Assembly (NCBI GenBank): GCA_024641335.1 | Contig: JAHEDG010000005.1 | Coordinates: 27,779-91,778 of the forward strand | Length of the DNA stretch: 64,000 nt | DNA from: Candidatus Zixiibacteriota bacterium | GTDB lineage: Bacteria > Zixibacteria > MSB-5A5 > UBA10806 | Direction: 5' to 3' | Part shown: positions 10,288-19,753 of the stretch, in pieces | Position numbering within the stretch: position 1 is the stretch's first letter | Layout of the letters: each line of letters starts with the position of its first letter | Notes under the pieces: generated by a model | What the model saw: the letters and a program-made list of their open reading frames with translations, nothing else | The model's database searches: none | What the model was told of the DNA's origin: nothing | Program-made: the position numbers and the translations under genes

Positions 10288-12222
10288 TTAATCTATCTTC
10301 TTTGATCTGTTCTCTTCGTCAAGCGACATGATAGCCTTCCCTACCTCAATGCTCCCCATGTCTCCTATCTTATGTTTTCGGATCGAAATCGACGCGTCTT
10401 CAGCCTCTTTTTTTCCCACGATAGCCATATAAGGGATTTTCATGTTTTCAGCCTCCCTTATTTTCTTGCCGATTTTCTCGCTGGAACTATCAATACCTAC
10501 CCGGAACCCGGCCTGCCTGAACCGCTCCGCGATAACTCCCGCGTAATCATTAATCTGGTCGGTCACCGGCAAAATACGGATCTGCTCCGGGGCCAGCCAC
10601 AACGGGAAATTCCCGGCATAATGCTCCACCAGCACACCAAAGAAACGCTCCAGAGACCCTAAAAGCGCCCGGTGAATCATGATCGGCTGACGGCGCGAAC
10701 CGTCCTGGTCAATATACTCGATATCGAACCTTTCGGGAAGATTGAAATCCACCTGAATTGTAGTGCATTGCCACGACCTGCCCAGATTATCCTTGATCTT
10801 GATATCGATTTTCGGGCCGTAAAACACACCCTCTCCGGGATCGACCTCATAAGCCAGTTCGGTTGCCTCCAGAGATTCCTTCAATGCATCGGTAGCGGCC
10901 TGCCAGTTCTCCGGAGAGCCGACAAATTTTTCCGGCCGGGTCGAAAGATAAACATCGAAATCCTCGAAGCCGAACGTTTTCAGGAAAAAGAGGTTGAATT
11001 TGATTGTTCTTTCCAACTCCTCGCGAAGCTGTTCGGGTCTGCAGAAAATATGAGCGTCGTCCTGGGTAAATCCCCGCACGCGCATCAGGCCGTGCAGAAC
11101 CCCCGATCGTTCATAACGGTAGACAGTACCCAACTCGGCCCAACGGAACGGCAACTCCCTGTAGCTTCTGGTTCTGGCGCGATAAATTTGAATATGAAAA
11201 GGGCAATTCATCGGTTTTAGCTCATATTCAATATTATCCACGATCATCGGCGAGTACATATTCTCGGAGTAAAAATTGGTGTGTCCCGATTTATTCCAGA
11301 GCTCGAGCTTGGCGATATGAGGCGAATATACGATATCGTAACCGTTTTTCAGATGTTCCTCTTTCCAGAAAGTCTCGATCAAATGCCTGATCAAAGAACC
11401 TTTGGGATGCCACAGCACCAACCCGGAACCTATTGAATCGGCAATGGAGAAAAGATCCAGATCCCGCCCGAGAAAACGATGATCGCGCTTTTTGGCTTCT
11501 TCGATTTTCGCCAGATGCTCATCGAGCAGTTTTTTATCAGGGTAAGATACTCCGTAAATGCGCTGGAGCATCTTGTTCTTCTCGTCTCCGCGCCAGTATG
11601 CCCCGGCAACGGATATCAGCTTGACCGCCTTAATGAAGCTGGTGGACGGCAGATGAGGACCTCTGCACATATCCACGAAATTGCCGTGCCTGTAGAATGA
11701 CAGGTTATTATCCGCCATCTCGGAAGCCATCTCGGCCTTGTATATATCGCCGGCCTTATTAAACTCCTCGATCGCTTTAATCCGGTCTTTTTCATCTCTT
11801 TCGAAGGGCAGATTTTTAGCCGCGATTTCGTACATTTTTTTCTCGATCGACTCGAGATCGGCTTCGGAGAGTTTCTCGGCCATATCAAGATCATAATAAA
11901 ACCGCGATGAAAAATCATCGGGAATGGGGGGGCCAATAGCCAGCCTGGTATCGGGGAAGAGCTCCAGAACCGCCGAGGCCATGAGGTGCGACGACGAATG
12001 CCAGAATACTTCCTGCCCTTCGGGATCGTCGAAAGTCAGTATCTTGACCCGGCTATCAGCGGTTATGGGAAAAGACAGATCGACGACCTTATCATCGACT
12101 TTGGCTGCCAGGGCCTTCTTAGCCAGCGATTTGGAGATCGATTCGGCGATGGCCGCAGGGTTAACCGGGGCCTGATATTCTCTTGCCGAATCGTCCGGAA
12201 ATTTAATTTTGATCATTGCCAT
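10288..12222 (-). CDS. thrS: threonine--tRNA ligase
   Basis: TGS, editing, class II catalytic and anticodon-binding regions are present. The N-terminus MAMIKIKFPDDS matches ThrS homologs; the track start at 12261 is probably 13 codons too long. Confidence 0.95.
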   Translation of the reverse strand: MAMIKIKFPDDSAREYQAPVNPAAIAESISKSLAKKALAAKVDDKVVDLSFPITADSRVKILTFDDPEGQEVFWHSSSHLMASAVLELFPDTRLAIGPPIPDDFSSRFYYDLDMAEKLSEADLESIEKKMYEIAAKNLPFERDEKDRIKAIEEFNKAGDIYKAEMASEMADNNLSFYRHGNFVDMCRGPHLPSTSFIKAVKLISVAGAYWRGDEKNKMLQRIYGVSYPDKKLLDEHLAKIEEAKKRDHRFLGRDLDLFSIADSIGSGLVLWHPKGSLIRHLIETFWKEEHLKNGYDIVYSPHIAKLELWNKSGHTNFYSENMYSPMIVDNIEYELKPMNCPFHIQIYRARTRSYRELPFRWAELGTVYRYERSGVLHGLMRVRGFTQDDAHIFCRPEQLREELERTIKFNLFFLKTFGFEDFDVYLSTRPEKFVGSPENWQAATDALKESLEATELAYEVDPGEGVFYGPKIDIKIKDNLGRSWQCTTIQVDFNLPERFDIEYIDQDGSRRQPIMIHRALLGSLERFFGVLVEHYAGNFPLWLAPEQIRILPVTDQINDYAGVIAERFRQAGFRVGIDSSSEKIGKKIREAENMKIPYMAIVGKKEAEDASISIRKHKIGDMGSIEVGKAIMSLDEENRSKKID

Positions 12223-12299
12223 AAATAAAACGGACCGCTTCCCATAAGCGGCCTTAACCATAAAGCCTCATTCAGGAATACCAGCCGCTCCGAGAATAA

Positions 12300-12376
12300 T
12301 GGTGGGCGATACTGGAATCGAACCAGTGACCCCTTGCATGTCAAGCAAGTACTCTAACCATCTGAGCTAATCGCCC
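12300..12376 (-). tRNA. tRNA-Val (anticodon GAC)
   Basis: Minus-strand GGGCGAUUAGCUCAGAUGGUUAGAGUACUUGCUUGACAUGCAAGGGGUCACUGGUUCGAUUCCAGUAUCGCCCACCA folds as a cloverleaf with anticodon loop UUGACAU and an encoded CCA. It lies 38 nt upstream of the thrS start. Confidence 0.85.
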
Positions 12377-12591
12377 CGTGACCATCAATCGGCATCAAAT
12401 CCTGAAATATCGTTAATTTTTCTAACCTACACTACCTATCCGCAAAACGGGCCGGAACCTGGCCGTCGGCAAGAGAACCTCGCCGCCCGCTCCGCAAAAA
12501 ACAACGTTCGTGAATATAGCGTCAACAGTTCCCGCGGGCAAGCGAAAAATGGAGATATACAATTTCGAATCGTGTTCAGAAATTGGGCTTA

Positions 12592-13491
12592 TCAGCTGGC
12601 CAGTCCCTGGGCCATCTTGACGAAAGTCTCGGCTTTGCCATATTCAGTGCGGAGCTGATCCAGCATCGATTCGCTGGTGGACGAATCGAGATTGAGGGTT
12701 GCCCAGGCAGTATCATAGAATTCGCTGGCGTTGGGGTGTGAAATTTCCTCGGAGATATCCAGTTCGTGGGCCAGGAAGTTAGCCAAATGAATCAAAGAGG
12801 TCTCCGGCTCGTCTTTTAGGGCCGATTGGGTATGATGGTTCAGAATGGCTTTGCAGATATTTTCCGGCAGGTTCCACTTGGCGGCCAGATAGCTGCCCAG
12901 ATCCGCGTGGGAAAATCCCATTACCTCGGATTCGGCAAGATGCTCGGGGATTGTCGGATCGCTGATCAGATAAGTTTTTATTTCCTGATGTTCCCTGGCC
13001 AAATGAGAAATAATAATCAGCTTGCCGATATCATGAAGCAATCCGGCCGAGAATGCCATTTCGGTATCCAGGAGCGACGGTGAGTTCTTCTGCCTGGATA
13101 TAATTTTGGACATAAAAGCCACCGACAATGAATGCCTCCAGAAATTTTCCAGGTAATCCGTATCGAGATTGGAGTTTTTGGAGAAAGTATCGAAGACCGA
13201 CGCCGATATCACCAGAGATTTAACCGCCTCCAAACCTAATATGACTATCGCCTGCTTGACATTGGTAATTGTCCTGGGAATTCCATAAAACGACGAATTA
13301 GTCAGCTTCAGGACCTTGGCCGTCAGAGCCGGGTCTTCGGAGATAATCGAGCCTACTTCATAAGCCGAAGTATTGGGATCGTTGATAACTTTAGTAATCT
13401 GAGTAAAAACAATCGGTGGAGTAGGCAGATTATGAACTTTATCAATAATCAGCTTGAGTTTGTTTTCGCTGGTAGCTGTGGACTGGGTCAT
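12592..13491 (-). CDS. HDOD domain signalling protein
   Basis: 299 aa with the HDOD signature (LPTPPIVFTQI..., [12 protein letters not shown]). It sits directly downstream of flgM and is likely co-transcribed with it. Confidence 0.7.
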   Translation of the reverse strand: MTQSTATSENKLKLIIDKVHNLPTPPIVFTQITKVINDPNTSAYEVGSIISEDPALTAKVLKLTNSSFYGIPRTITNVKQAIVILGLEAVKSLVISASVFDTFSKNSNLDTDYLENFWRHSLSVAFMSKIISRQKNSPSLLDTEMAFSAGLLHDIGKLIIISHLAREHQEIKTYLISDPTIPEHLAESEVMGFSHADLGSYLAAKWNLPENICKAILNHHTQSALKDEPETSLIHLANFLAHELDISEEISHPNASEFYDTAWATLNLDSSTSESMLDQLRTEYGKAETFVKMAQGLAS

Positions 13492-13507
13492 TTTATCTTC
13501 TCATCGC

Positions 13508-13978
13508 TTATTTCAATTTGAATCTCTTTAAAAGAGCTTCAGCCAATTCATCGAGATGATCCGGTTTACTATAATATCCATCGGCGATTTTTTCCCGAAC
13601 CTTTGCCAGTTTTTTCGATCTGTCCTCTGTTTCATCGATTCGAGCAACATCGTTACCGGCAGAAACCGCTAAATTCCCATATCCGGCCGATTTTCCGTCC
13701 AGGCTGATAATAATAGCGTCATGGGCCGATTTCCCCTTATTGTTCCCTCTTGAATTCTTCTGTGAAGCCTGATTTCCCGCCAGTTCGATTCTCTCAATGT
13801 CCTTTTCGAGCCCTTTAGCGGAGGATATCTTATCGGTTTTCGACCGGCCTTGATCCTCTCCGCCGCTCGATATCTCTATTCTATCAGACAAAACTCCTTC
13901 AGTCTTCCTGGTTTTTTCAGGCTTGTATTCCCTATTTATCTCGCCGGGAATCAAAGGCTTCGTACCGCGAATCATCAT
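13508..13978 (-). CDS. flgM: anti-sigma-28 factor FlgM
   Basis: 156 aa. The C-terminus KVREKIADGYYSKPDHLDELAEALL matches the FlgM sigma-28-binding region, and the gene is preceded by a sigma-28 promoter. Confidence 0.7.
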   Translation of the reverse strand: MMIRGTKPLIPGEINREYKPEKTRKTEGVLSDRIEISSGGEDQGRSKTDKISSAKGLEKDIERIELAGNQASQKNSRGNNKGKSAHDAIIISLDGKSAGYGNLAVSAGNDVARIDETEDRSKKLAKVREKIADGYYSKPDHLDELAEALLKRFKLK

Positions 13979-13998
13979 AATACACTACCTCTTTAGCT

Positions 13999-14026
13999 AT
14001 ATCGGCATCCGATCTTGAAAACTTTA
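13999..14026 (-). promoter_or_regulatory. sigma-28 (FliA) promoter for flgM
   Basis: Minus-strand TAAAGTTTtcaagatcggatGCCGATAT, i.e. TAAA-N16-GCCGATAT, about 20 nt before the aaagagg SD and the flgM ATG. Confidence 0.55.
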
Positions 14027-14467
14027 GCTCTTCTGATCGAAGAATACCGGCGCTGTAGCGGTATGAAACAGATATCCTTTGATTCTATTCATGGCAACCG
14101 TCTCTCCGAGCTCCAGCCTGATCTTATCTCGGGCTTCGGCCAGATTATCGGCTATCTTTCCCAGAATCGTCTGGTTTCTTCGAGCCAGGTCGTTTATTCT
14201 ATCCGGTACATTATCGAGCCGGTTAACGCGATCGGATGTCCCGGACACTTCCGAGATCTCTCCCGTCGACTCAATCATGGCCATTTCGTAATCCAGGTTC
14301 TTGATCTCGGAAATCACCTTTTCTACCTCGTCGCTCTTTTCATTCAGCTTTTGGAACTCGCCGTCGGCCAGAAGAGATTCCTGCTCCAAAAGGAGTTTTT
14401 CCATGGTTTCGAAAAGAGCCTGTTTGGATCGCATCAAATTTTCATACTTGATTACGGAGCTTCTCAC
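14024..14467 (-). CDS. coiled-coil flagellar chaperone-like protein (FliT/FlgN-like, by position after fliS)
   Basis: 147 aa, helical. It overlaps the fliS stop by 1 nt, and its position matches fliT in the Bacillus fliD-fliS-fliT arrangement. Sequence similarity is weak. Confidence 0.3.
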   Translation of the reverse strand: MRSSVIKYENLMRSKQALFETMEKLLLEQESLLADGEFQKLNEKSDEVEKVISEIKNLDYEMAMIESTGEISEVSGTSDRVNRLDNVPDRINDLARRNQTILGKIADNLAEARDKIRLELGETVAMNRIKGYLFHTATAPVFFDQKS

Positions 14468-14898
14468 TATGCCTCCACAGAGATAAAACTATCGGTTTTG
14501 TTCCCCCCGCCGGGATTCTCCCCGGGCTCCTGCTCATATTTCATTTCCATCCAGGCTTCTTTGATCTCATTGATCAGAGGAACAATATCATCGAGTTCCC
14601 TGGTTTCTTTGGTCACGTTGGCCACGGTAATTTTCTCGATGAAGAAGGAATATAGGGCCGATAGTTTGAGAGCGAATTCACCGCCCGCCTCCAGGTTGAG
14701 AGTGGAGATCAGATGGATAAATATCTGTCTGGCTCTATCCAGTTTCTCGTGCGTGCCCACCACGTTTCCGGCTTTGATTGTTTCTCTGCTTTCTTCTATC
14801 GAGGCCAGCGCCGAATCATATAGAAATATGATCAGCTCCTGCTGGTTCATATCGGTGATTTTCATCTTTCGGTAGACATTCAATCCTCTGTTGGACAT
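14467..14898 (-). CDS. fliS: flagellar export chaperone FliS
   Basis: NVYRKMKITDMNQQELIIFLYDSAL parallels FliS NPYQAYQQNSV...ELTLMLYDGAL. The likely start is MSNRGL at 14898; the track ORF extends to 14937. Confidence 0.8.
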   Translation of the reverse strand: MSNRGLNVYRKMKITDMNQQELIIFLYDSALASIEESRETIKAGNVVGTHEKLDRARQIFIHLISTLNLEAGGEFALKLSALYSFFIEKITVANVTKETRELDDIVPLINEIKEAWMEMKYEQEPGENPGGGNKTDSFISVEA

Positions 14899-14954
14899 TT
14901 TCCATCCCTTATTTAGATTGTTGCTCGAAAATACCAACGACCCGCTGGTTATTA

Positions 14955-17267
14955 TTAAAGGCCGTTTGAGGGCAAACTGGCTATAGCTGAAGTAAGGTAG
15001 GTCTGCTGGCTCTGAATCTTGCCCATCGCTTCTTCCATCGCCAAAAACTGCAGGTAGAGACTCTCCCTTTTTTTCTCCAGCTGTTCCTGCATTCTGACCA
15101 ATTGATCTTTTATATTATCTATCTGTTTCTCTATGCCCCTGGTTCTGTAACTCAAAATGCCCGAATTTGCGTCGGTATAACGGTTTATTTTTTCGTCGAG
15201 AAGCGAAGCTATTCCTTTTGTCAGGAACACTTTGCCCTCTGCCCCATCGACCACCTGATCTGACGTCAGATTAATTTTCAACTTCAGGCCGGCCGTGTTC
15301 TCATTTTCATCATCACCTGTCAGTATCTGTCCCACTCCCTTGGCGGTTTCGCCGTTAATCGTCCCCTCGATGTCGACACCGCTGGTTGATACGCCACCGT
15401 CGAAACCCAGAATAGCGTGGGCGCTGGAGGTCGGCTCCAGGCCGATCTCTACCCTGGAATTGGAACCCCATAATGTGGAATTTATGGTGAAATGACCGCT
15501 AACGCCTTCATCCACCCAAACCACCTCGACCTCATTGCCTCCGAGATCGTTATTGGAGTTGATTTTATCCTGGATCTCCTGGGCCAGTTCCGCGCCGGAA
15601 GTGTAAGTCTTTGCCGTTAACGATATAGACCCGGACTGTGCCCCGTTGACTTTTATCCGAATATTGTTATTACCGCTATTTAGAACCAGGTTTTCCGTGC
15701 TGGGATTAGTTATCGATCCGGTGCTGAATATTCCATGAGTAGCGGCCTGTGTGACATCAACGTCATACCCCGATGTTGACGGAACCGTTTTGGCCCCTGA
15801 GGCAAGGAAAGTTATGTAACCGCTGTCGGAAGAGCCTGAAGCCAGGAACAGCTTCTTGATACCCTCGGGATCCTCGCTTAATTTCTGGTTCAGGACTGTA
15901 TTGTCAACTTTCAATTTACCGTAAATATCAAATTTGATTCCGATATCGGACAATTTGGTCAAGCCACCGGTCAGACCTTTGATTTTTTGGGTAATTGCCA
16001 AACGAACATCCGATAACATTGATACCAGAGATGTTTCTCCAAGAAGAACTCCGGCTTGCTTGGTTTTGGAATCGAACTTCATCTGATCTTCGACAAACTC
16101 CGCGAACTCATTGTATTTGGTTACGAATTCGCTGATAGTCGAAGTTATGCTGGAGGTGTTCTGCTGAACCGAAATACTCACCGGAGTGGCCGAGGTCTTT
16201 TTCAGATTTAGAGTTACACCATCAATCAAGCCGGTCACCGTATTTGTGCTTGAAGTCACGCTGATGGGCGATCCGCTGTTGCCGGAGGAGCCGAGCCTGA
16301 TTATAGCGTCCTGCCCCTGCTGCAGAGTAGGAGCCATAGCCTGGACCTGGAACGTATCCCCGGCGACCAAATCGCCGGCGCCGAACGATAATGTCAGTCC
16401 GTCCGAACCGGTTCCGGACAAAGCGACCTCGGTTAGAGCCGAGTCTACTGTAATAGTCCCGGAATTGGTTCCGTCGCTCCAGTTGATATCTATGGAACCG
16501 CCGCCGACAGTCTGTGTACCGGAACCGCCTACGGTAAAAGTGTAAACTTTATTGGCGCTGCCGGTATAATCGGCTGAGGAACCGAGAACCGCGCTGGATG
16601 TCGATTCGGCAGACCAGCGCATTGTTTCCGGAGAATCGAAGTAGTTGTCGATAAAATCGGGAGGTTCTCCGCCGACCAGGCTGGAGGTAAACGTAATCTC
16701 GCTTTCGGCCCCGGTTTCATTTGATGTCAGAATCAGACGGTACGGATTGTTTGAAGATCCGTCATTGATAATAGCGGCCGATACACCGGCATCGGAATCG
16801 TTGATAGCATATTTCAGCGCCGAAAGGCTGTTGCTGCCGGCTTCCAACGTAATTGTGATCGGGGACGAATTACCGACCTGTATCTCAATGGTTCCCTCCC
16901 CGACAATGTCATTCACGCTGGAGTATCCCTGACTGGCGATCTGATGATTCTGGGCCAGCTGATCGACCGAGAGAAGATAAGTGCCTGTCGCTGAACTGCC
17001 GGTAGAAGACGCCGCGATTACCGTATCGTCAGACGATGTGACTGATATGGAATCCCAGATGGATGATTTGGAGAGGACATCCGACTGAGTTTTAAATGCC
17101 AGTAAAAATGAATTTATCGATTGCCATGAAGTTACTTTCTGAGTGTATTCCGCCTGGCGGGCCAGATACACATCCATCTTCCTGGCTTCGGATTTCATTA
17201 CATTTTCGATGATACCCGTGGTATCCATCCCGGAGAAGATACCGTCTATTCTTCCGAACATTCCCAT
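14955..17267 (-). CDS. fliD: flagellar filament cap protein FliD (unusually long, 770 aa)
   Basis: The N-terminus GIFSGMDTTGIIENVMKSEARKMD and the C-terminus LEKKRESLYLQFLAMEEAMGKIQSQQTYL are FliD terminal domains. A large Ser/Thr/Gly-rich central insert is present. Confidence 0.85.
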   Translation of the reverse strand: MGMFGRIDGIFSGMDTTGIIENVMKSEARKMDVYLARQAEYTQKVTSWQSINSFLLAFKTQSDVLSKSSIWDSISVTSSDDTVIAASSTGSSATGTYLLSVDQLAQNHQIASQGYSSVNDIVGEGTIEIQVGNSSPITITLEAGSNSLSALKYAINDSDAGVSAAIINDGSSNNPYRLILTSNETGAESEITFTSSLVGGEPPDFIDNYFDSPETMRWSAESTSSAVLGSSADYTGSANKVYTFTVGGSGTQTVGGGSIDINWSDGTNSGTITVDSALTEVALSGTGSDGLTLSFGAGDLVAGDTFQVQAMAPTLQQGQDAIIRLGSSGNSGSPISVTSSTNTVTGLIDGVTLNLKKTSATPVSISVQQNTSSITSTISEFVTKYNEFAEFVEDQMKFDSKTKQAGVLLGETSLVSMLSDVRLAITQKIKGLTGGLTKLSDIGIKFDIYGKLKVDNTVLNQKLSEDPEGIKKLFLASGSSDSGYITFLASGAKTVPSTSGYDVDVTQAATHGIFSTGSITNPSTENLVLNSGNNNIRIKVNGAQSGSISLTAKTYTSGAELAQEIQDKINSNNDLGGNEVEVVWVDEGVSGHFTINSTLWGSNSRVEIGLEPTSSAHAILGFDGGVSTSGVDIEGTINGETAKGVGQILTGDDENENTAGLKLKINLTSDQVVDGAEGKVFLTKGIASLLDEKINRYTDANSGILSYRTRGIEKQIDNIKDQLVRMQEQLEKKRESLYLQFLAMEEAMGKIQSQQTYLTSAIASLPSNGL

Positions 17268-17363
17268 TTTAAAAACCTCCTGAAAATCCCCCGGGACATT
17301 TTCCCCTATGGTTTGATCCCGCCTGATATTTATACAGAAGACGGAATCCGTCCCTCGATAATA

Positions 17364-17391
17364 TTATCGGTATATTTCCGAATCTGTTTAG
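17364..17391 (-). promoter_or_regulatory. sigma-28 promoter for fliD
   Basis: Minus-strand TAAAcagattcggaaatatACCGATAA (TAAA-N15-aCCGATAA). The -10 lies within the palindrome CGATAATATTATCG. Confidence 0.55.
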
Positions 17392-17463
17392 CATGAGAAA
17401 CATGGAGTAAGAACAATTTACTCCCGGGGAAGCCTTTTCAGAGAAATCAGTTATTTTTTAACC

Positions 17464-17496
17464 AATAAAAAAGGGGGATGGCTCGTTCCATCCCCC
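17464..17496 (-). terminator. rho-independent terminator after fliC
   Basis: Minus-strand GGGGGAUGG-aacgag-CCAUCCCCC followed by UUUUUUAUU. Confidence 0.7.
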
Positions 17497-17515
17497 TTCC
17501 ATCAAAGAGATTGAA

Positions 17516-19750
17516 TTATCTGAACAACGAGAGTATGACCTGAGGAATCTGGTTGGCTTGAGCCAACATGGCCGTACCGGCCTGCATCAGGATCTGATGC
17601 TTCACGAAGGTTGACATCTCCTTAGCCATATCGGTATCACGGATATTCGATTCGGAAGCGGTCAGGTTCTGAGCCGCGATCCTGAGGTTGGTCAGGTTCG
17701 ACTGCAGAGTGTTCTTCTGGAACGATCCGAGTTTACCGCGAATATTGGTGACTTCGTTGATGGCCTGGTCGATGATCTTCTGTGTATCCTGAGCGCCCTG
17801 CGACGTGGTAACGTCGATGTCGGCCAGACTCGAGAACGTAACGTTATCGAGACCGGTGCCCAGATACGAGGCCGAAAGATTATCGATACCGATTTTAGCC
17901 GTCTGTCCCACGTTAGCGCCGATCTGGAAGACCAGGCTTCTGTCGGTGACATAAAGCTGCTCGGTGCCGCCGTCTGATTTCAAAGAATAACGCACTTTGA
18001 GATATTGATCTCTCTGGGCGTTGAAGACTGTGGCTTCTTTGCCGGCCACTACGGTGGTCTCCTGACCGCCATCCAGTCTCACGGCATAGGTTCTGGCTTT
18101 GACGCTCAACAGCATGTTACCGATGTTAATTCCGCCGTTGGTTTTGGCCATGGCCACGTCCAAAGTTATGGAACCGCGAGCTTCGGCATCCTGGCTGGAA
18201 TAGAATGTCTTGGAATCGCTGGTGTATTCGGCAGTGAAGTAATAACGAACGTCGTCAACGTTATTGTTGTAACCGTCGAGCCGAACTATGGCGTCCAAAC
18301 CCTTGTTGGCGGTCTGGTCAACGGACAATCCGATAGCGTTGAAAAGCGCGGTAGCCGTACCACCGGTGGTTTCGACTTTCAGCGAGTACTTGGAGCCTTC
18401 ATCCATGGTGTAGAGTTTCAGTTTCTGGAATCCGCCCTGGGTAACCACTGTCGCAAATACTCTCGACGTGGTGCCGTCGCCGACATCCCCGAAGCTGGCG
18501 AGCAGCTGGGTGTTAATGGAAGCCACTAAAGCCGAAAGAGTGGAGTATGTGCTATTGCCGACTTCGAATGTTCTGGTGGCTGAAACCGCCGCAATCTGGG
18601 CGCCGGTAGCGTATTCAGCGGTAATGCTCAGGAAGCTGCTGGAAACGCCGCGGTCGTTCTGGCTGGCCAAACTGCCGAGGCTGGTCTGGACGGTAGCATT
18701 GGTAGCTGTGATCGAACCGACTGCTATCGAATAGTTCGTGCCAACGTTGGTTGACTTGATAGCGATCGAATCGGGAGCTCCGACATCGGCCGAAGCCTGC
18801 ATCTTACCGGCCAGGTAAGTGTTGGCGTTGATGGCCGCGTTCAGCTTGGCAACAATATTGGCTGCCAGGTCACCTGTAGCTACGCCGGTATCGGTCCGGA
18901 TTGTCAGGGACTGCATACCAACAGCATTGGTGCCGGCTTCCTGGAAATTAAGCTGGAAGGTGATGGTGAACTGCTGGGCAGCCGCCAGAGAGTCAAAGTT
19001 TGTGACCGCACGGACCTTAGCCTCGCGGACACTGGCTTGGGTGCTATTGACCTTGATTCCATTGCCCCAGGCATCCAGAGCGCTGACCGCGGTACCGACT
19101 TTGGCGGCTCCTGACGAAGCCTGGATGACGTCGATATTATGAACGCCATCGGAAAGGTTATAGGGACCGGTCGGATTGGTCAGGCCGAAACTGGTAACGT
19201 CCAGAGTGGCTTCGGATTCGGTCAACAAAACGCTGGAAACACTGTGAGAACCCTCGGCAAGAGAGGATTCACCGATTCTCAATCCGGAGACATTGCTGGT
19301 GGTTATGGCGGCAACGTTGGCAGCCGAACCATCAATCAACTTCTTGGTTCCAAATTGAGTATTGGCCGCGATTCTATCGATGGTACGAATCGCGTTTGTA
19401 ATTTCAGCCTGGTCGGCAGCCAACTGGTTCTCGTCGTTAACGCCTTCGTTAGCGGCGTGAATAGCCAGTTCTCTCATACCAACCAAAAGATTGTTAATCT
19501 CGTTGAGGGCGCCTTCCGCGGTCTGGATCATGTTGATCGAAGCCTCGGAGTTCTGTACCGCGCGATTTAACGCCGCGATTTGAGCGCGAAACTGCTCTGA
19601 AATTACCAATCCGGCCGGATCGTCGGCTGCTCTGTTTACTCTGAAACCGGATGACAGCTTCTCCATTGTCGAAGACATCGAACCGGTCGTAACCGTCAGG
19701 TTTCTCCAGGCATCCAACGCCGTAATGTTGTGGTTAATTCTTAACGCCAT
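17516..19750 (-). CDS. fliC: flagellin (744 aa, with a large hypervariable central domain)
   Basis: The N-terminus MALRINHNITALDAWRNL...LSSGFRVNRAADDPAGL and the C-terminus ...QAGTAMLAQANQIPQVILSLFR are canonical flagellin D0/D1. The central ~450 aa are Ser/Thr/Ala/Gly-rich. Confidence 0.9.
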   Translation of the reverse strand: MALRINHNITALDAWRNLTVTTGSMSSTMEKLSSGFRVNRAADDPAGLVISEQFRAQIAALNRAVQNSEASINMIQTAEGALNEINNLLVGMRELAIHAANEGVNDENQLAADQAEITNAIRTIDRIAANTQFGTKKLIDGSAANVAAITTSNVSGLRIGESSLAEGSHSVSSVLLTESEATLDVTSFGLTNPTGPYNLSDGVHNIDVIQASSGAAKVGTAVSALDAWGNGIKVNSTQASVREAKVRAVTNFDSLAAAQQFTITFQLNFQEAGTNAVGMQSLTIRTDTGVATGDLAANIVAKLNAAINANTYLAGKMQASADVGAPDSIAIKSTNVGTNYSIAVGSITATNATVQTSLGSLASQNDRGVSSSFLSITAEYATGAQIAAVSATRTFEVGNSTYSTLSALVASINTQLLASFGDVGDGTTSRVFATVVTQGGFQKLKLYTMDEGSKYSLKVETTGGTATALFNAIGLSVDQTANKGLDAIVRLDGYNNNVDDVRYYFTAEYTSDSKTFYSSQDAEARGSITLDVAMAKTNGGINIGNMLLSVKARTYAVRLDGGQETTVVAGKEATVFNAQRDQYLKVRYSLKSDGGTEQLYVTDRSLVFQIGANVGQTAKIGIDNLSASYLGTGLDNVTFSSLADIDVTTSQGAQDTQKIIDQAINEVTNIRGKLGSFQKNTLQSNLTNLRIAAQNLTASESNIRDTDMAKEMSTFVKHQILMQAGTAMLAQANQIPQVILSLFR

Positions 19751-19753
19751 TTA

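Noticed and set aside
18005-19570. several 80-170-aa plus-strand ORFs inside fliC
   Set aside because: They are antisense to the flagellin CDS, which has clear N- and C-terminal conservation. No start context or domain similarity was seen.
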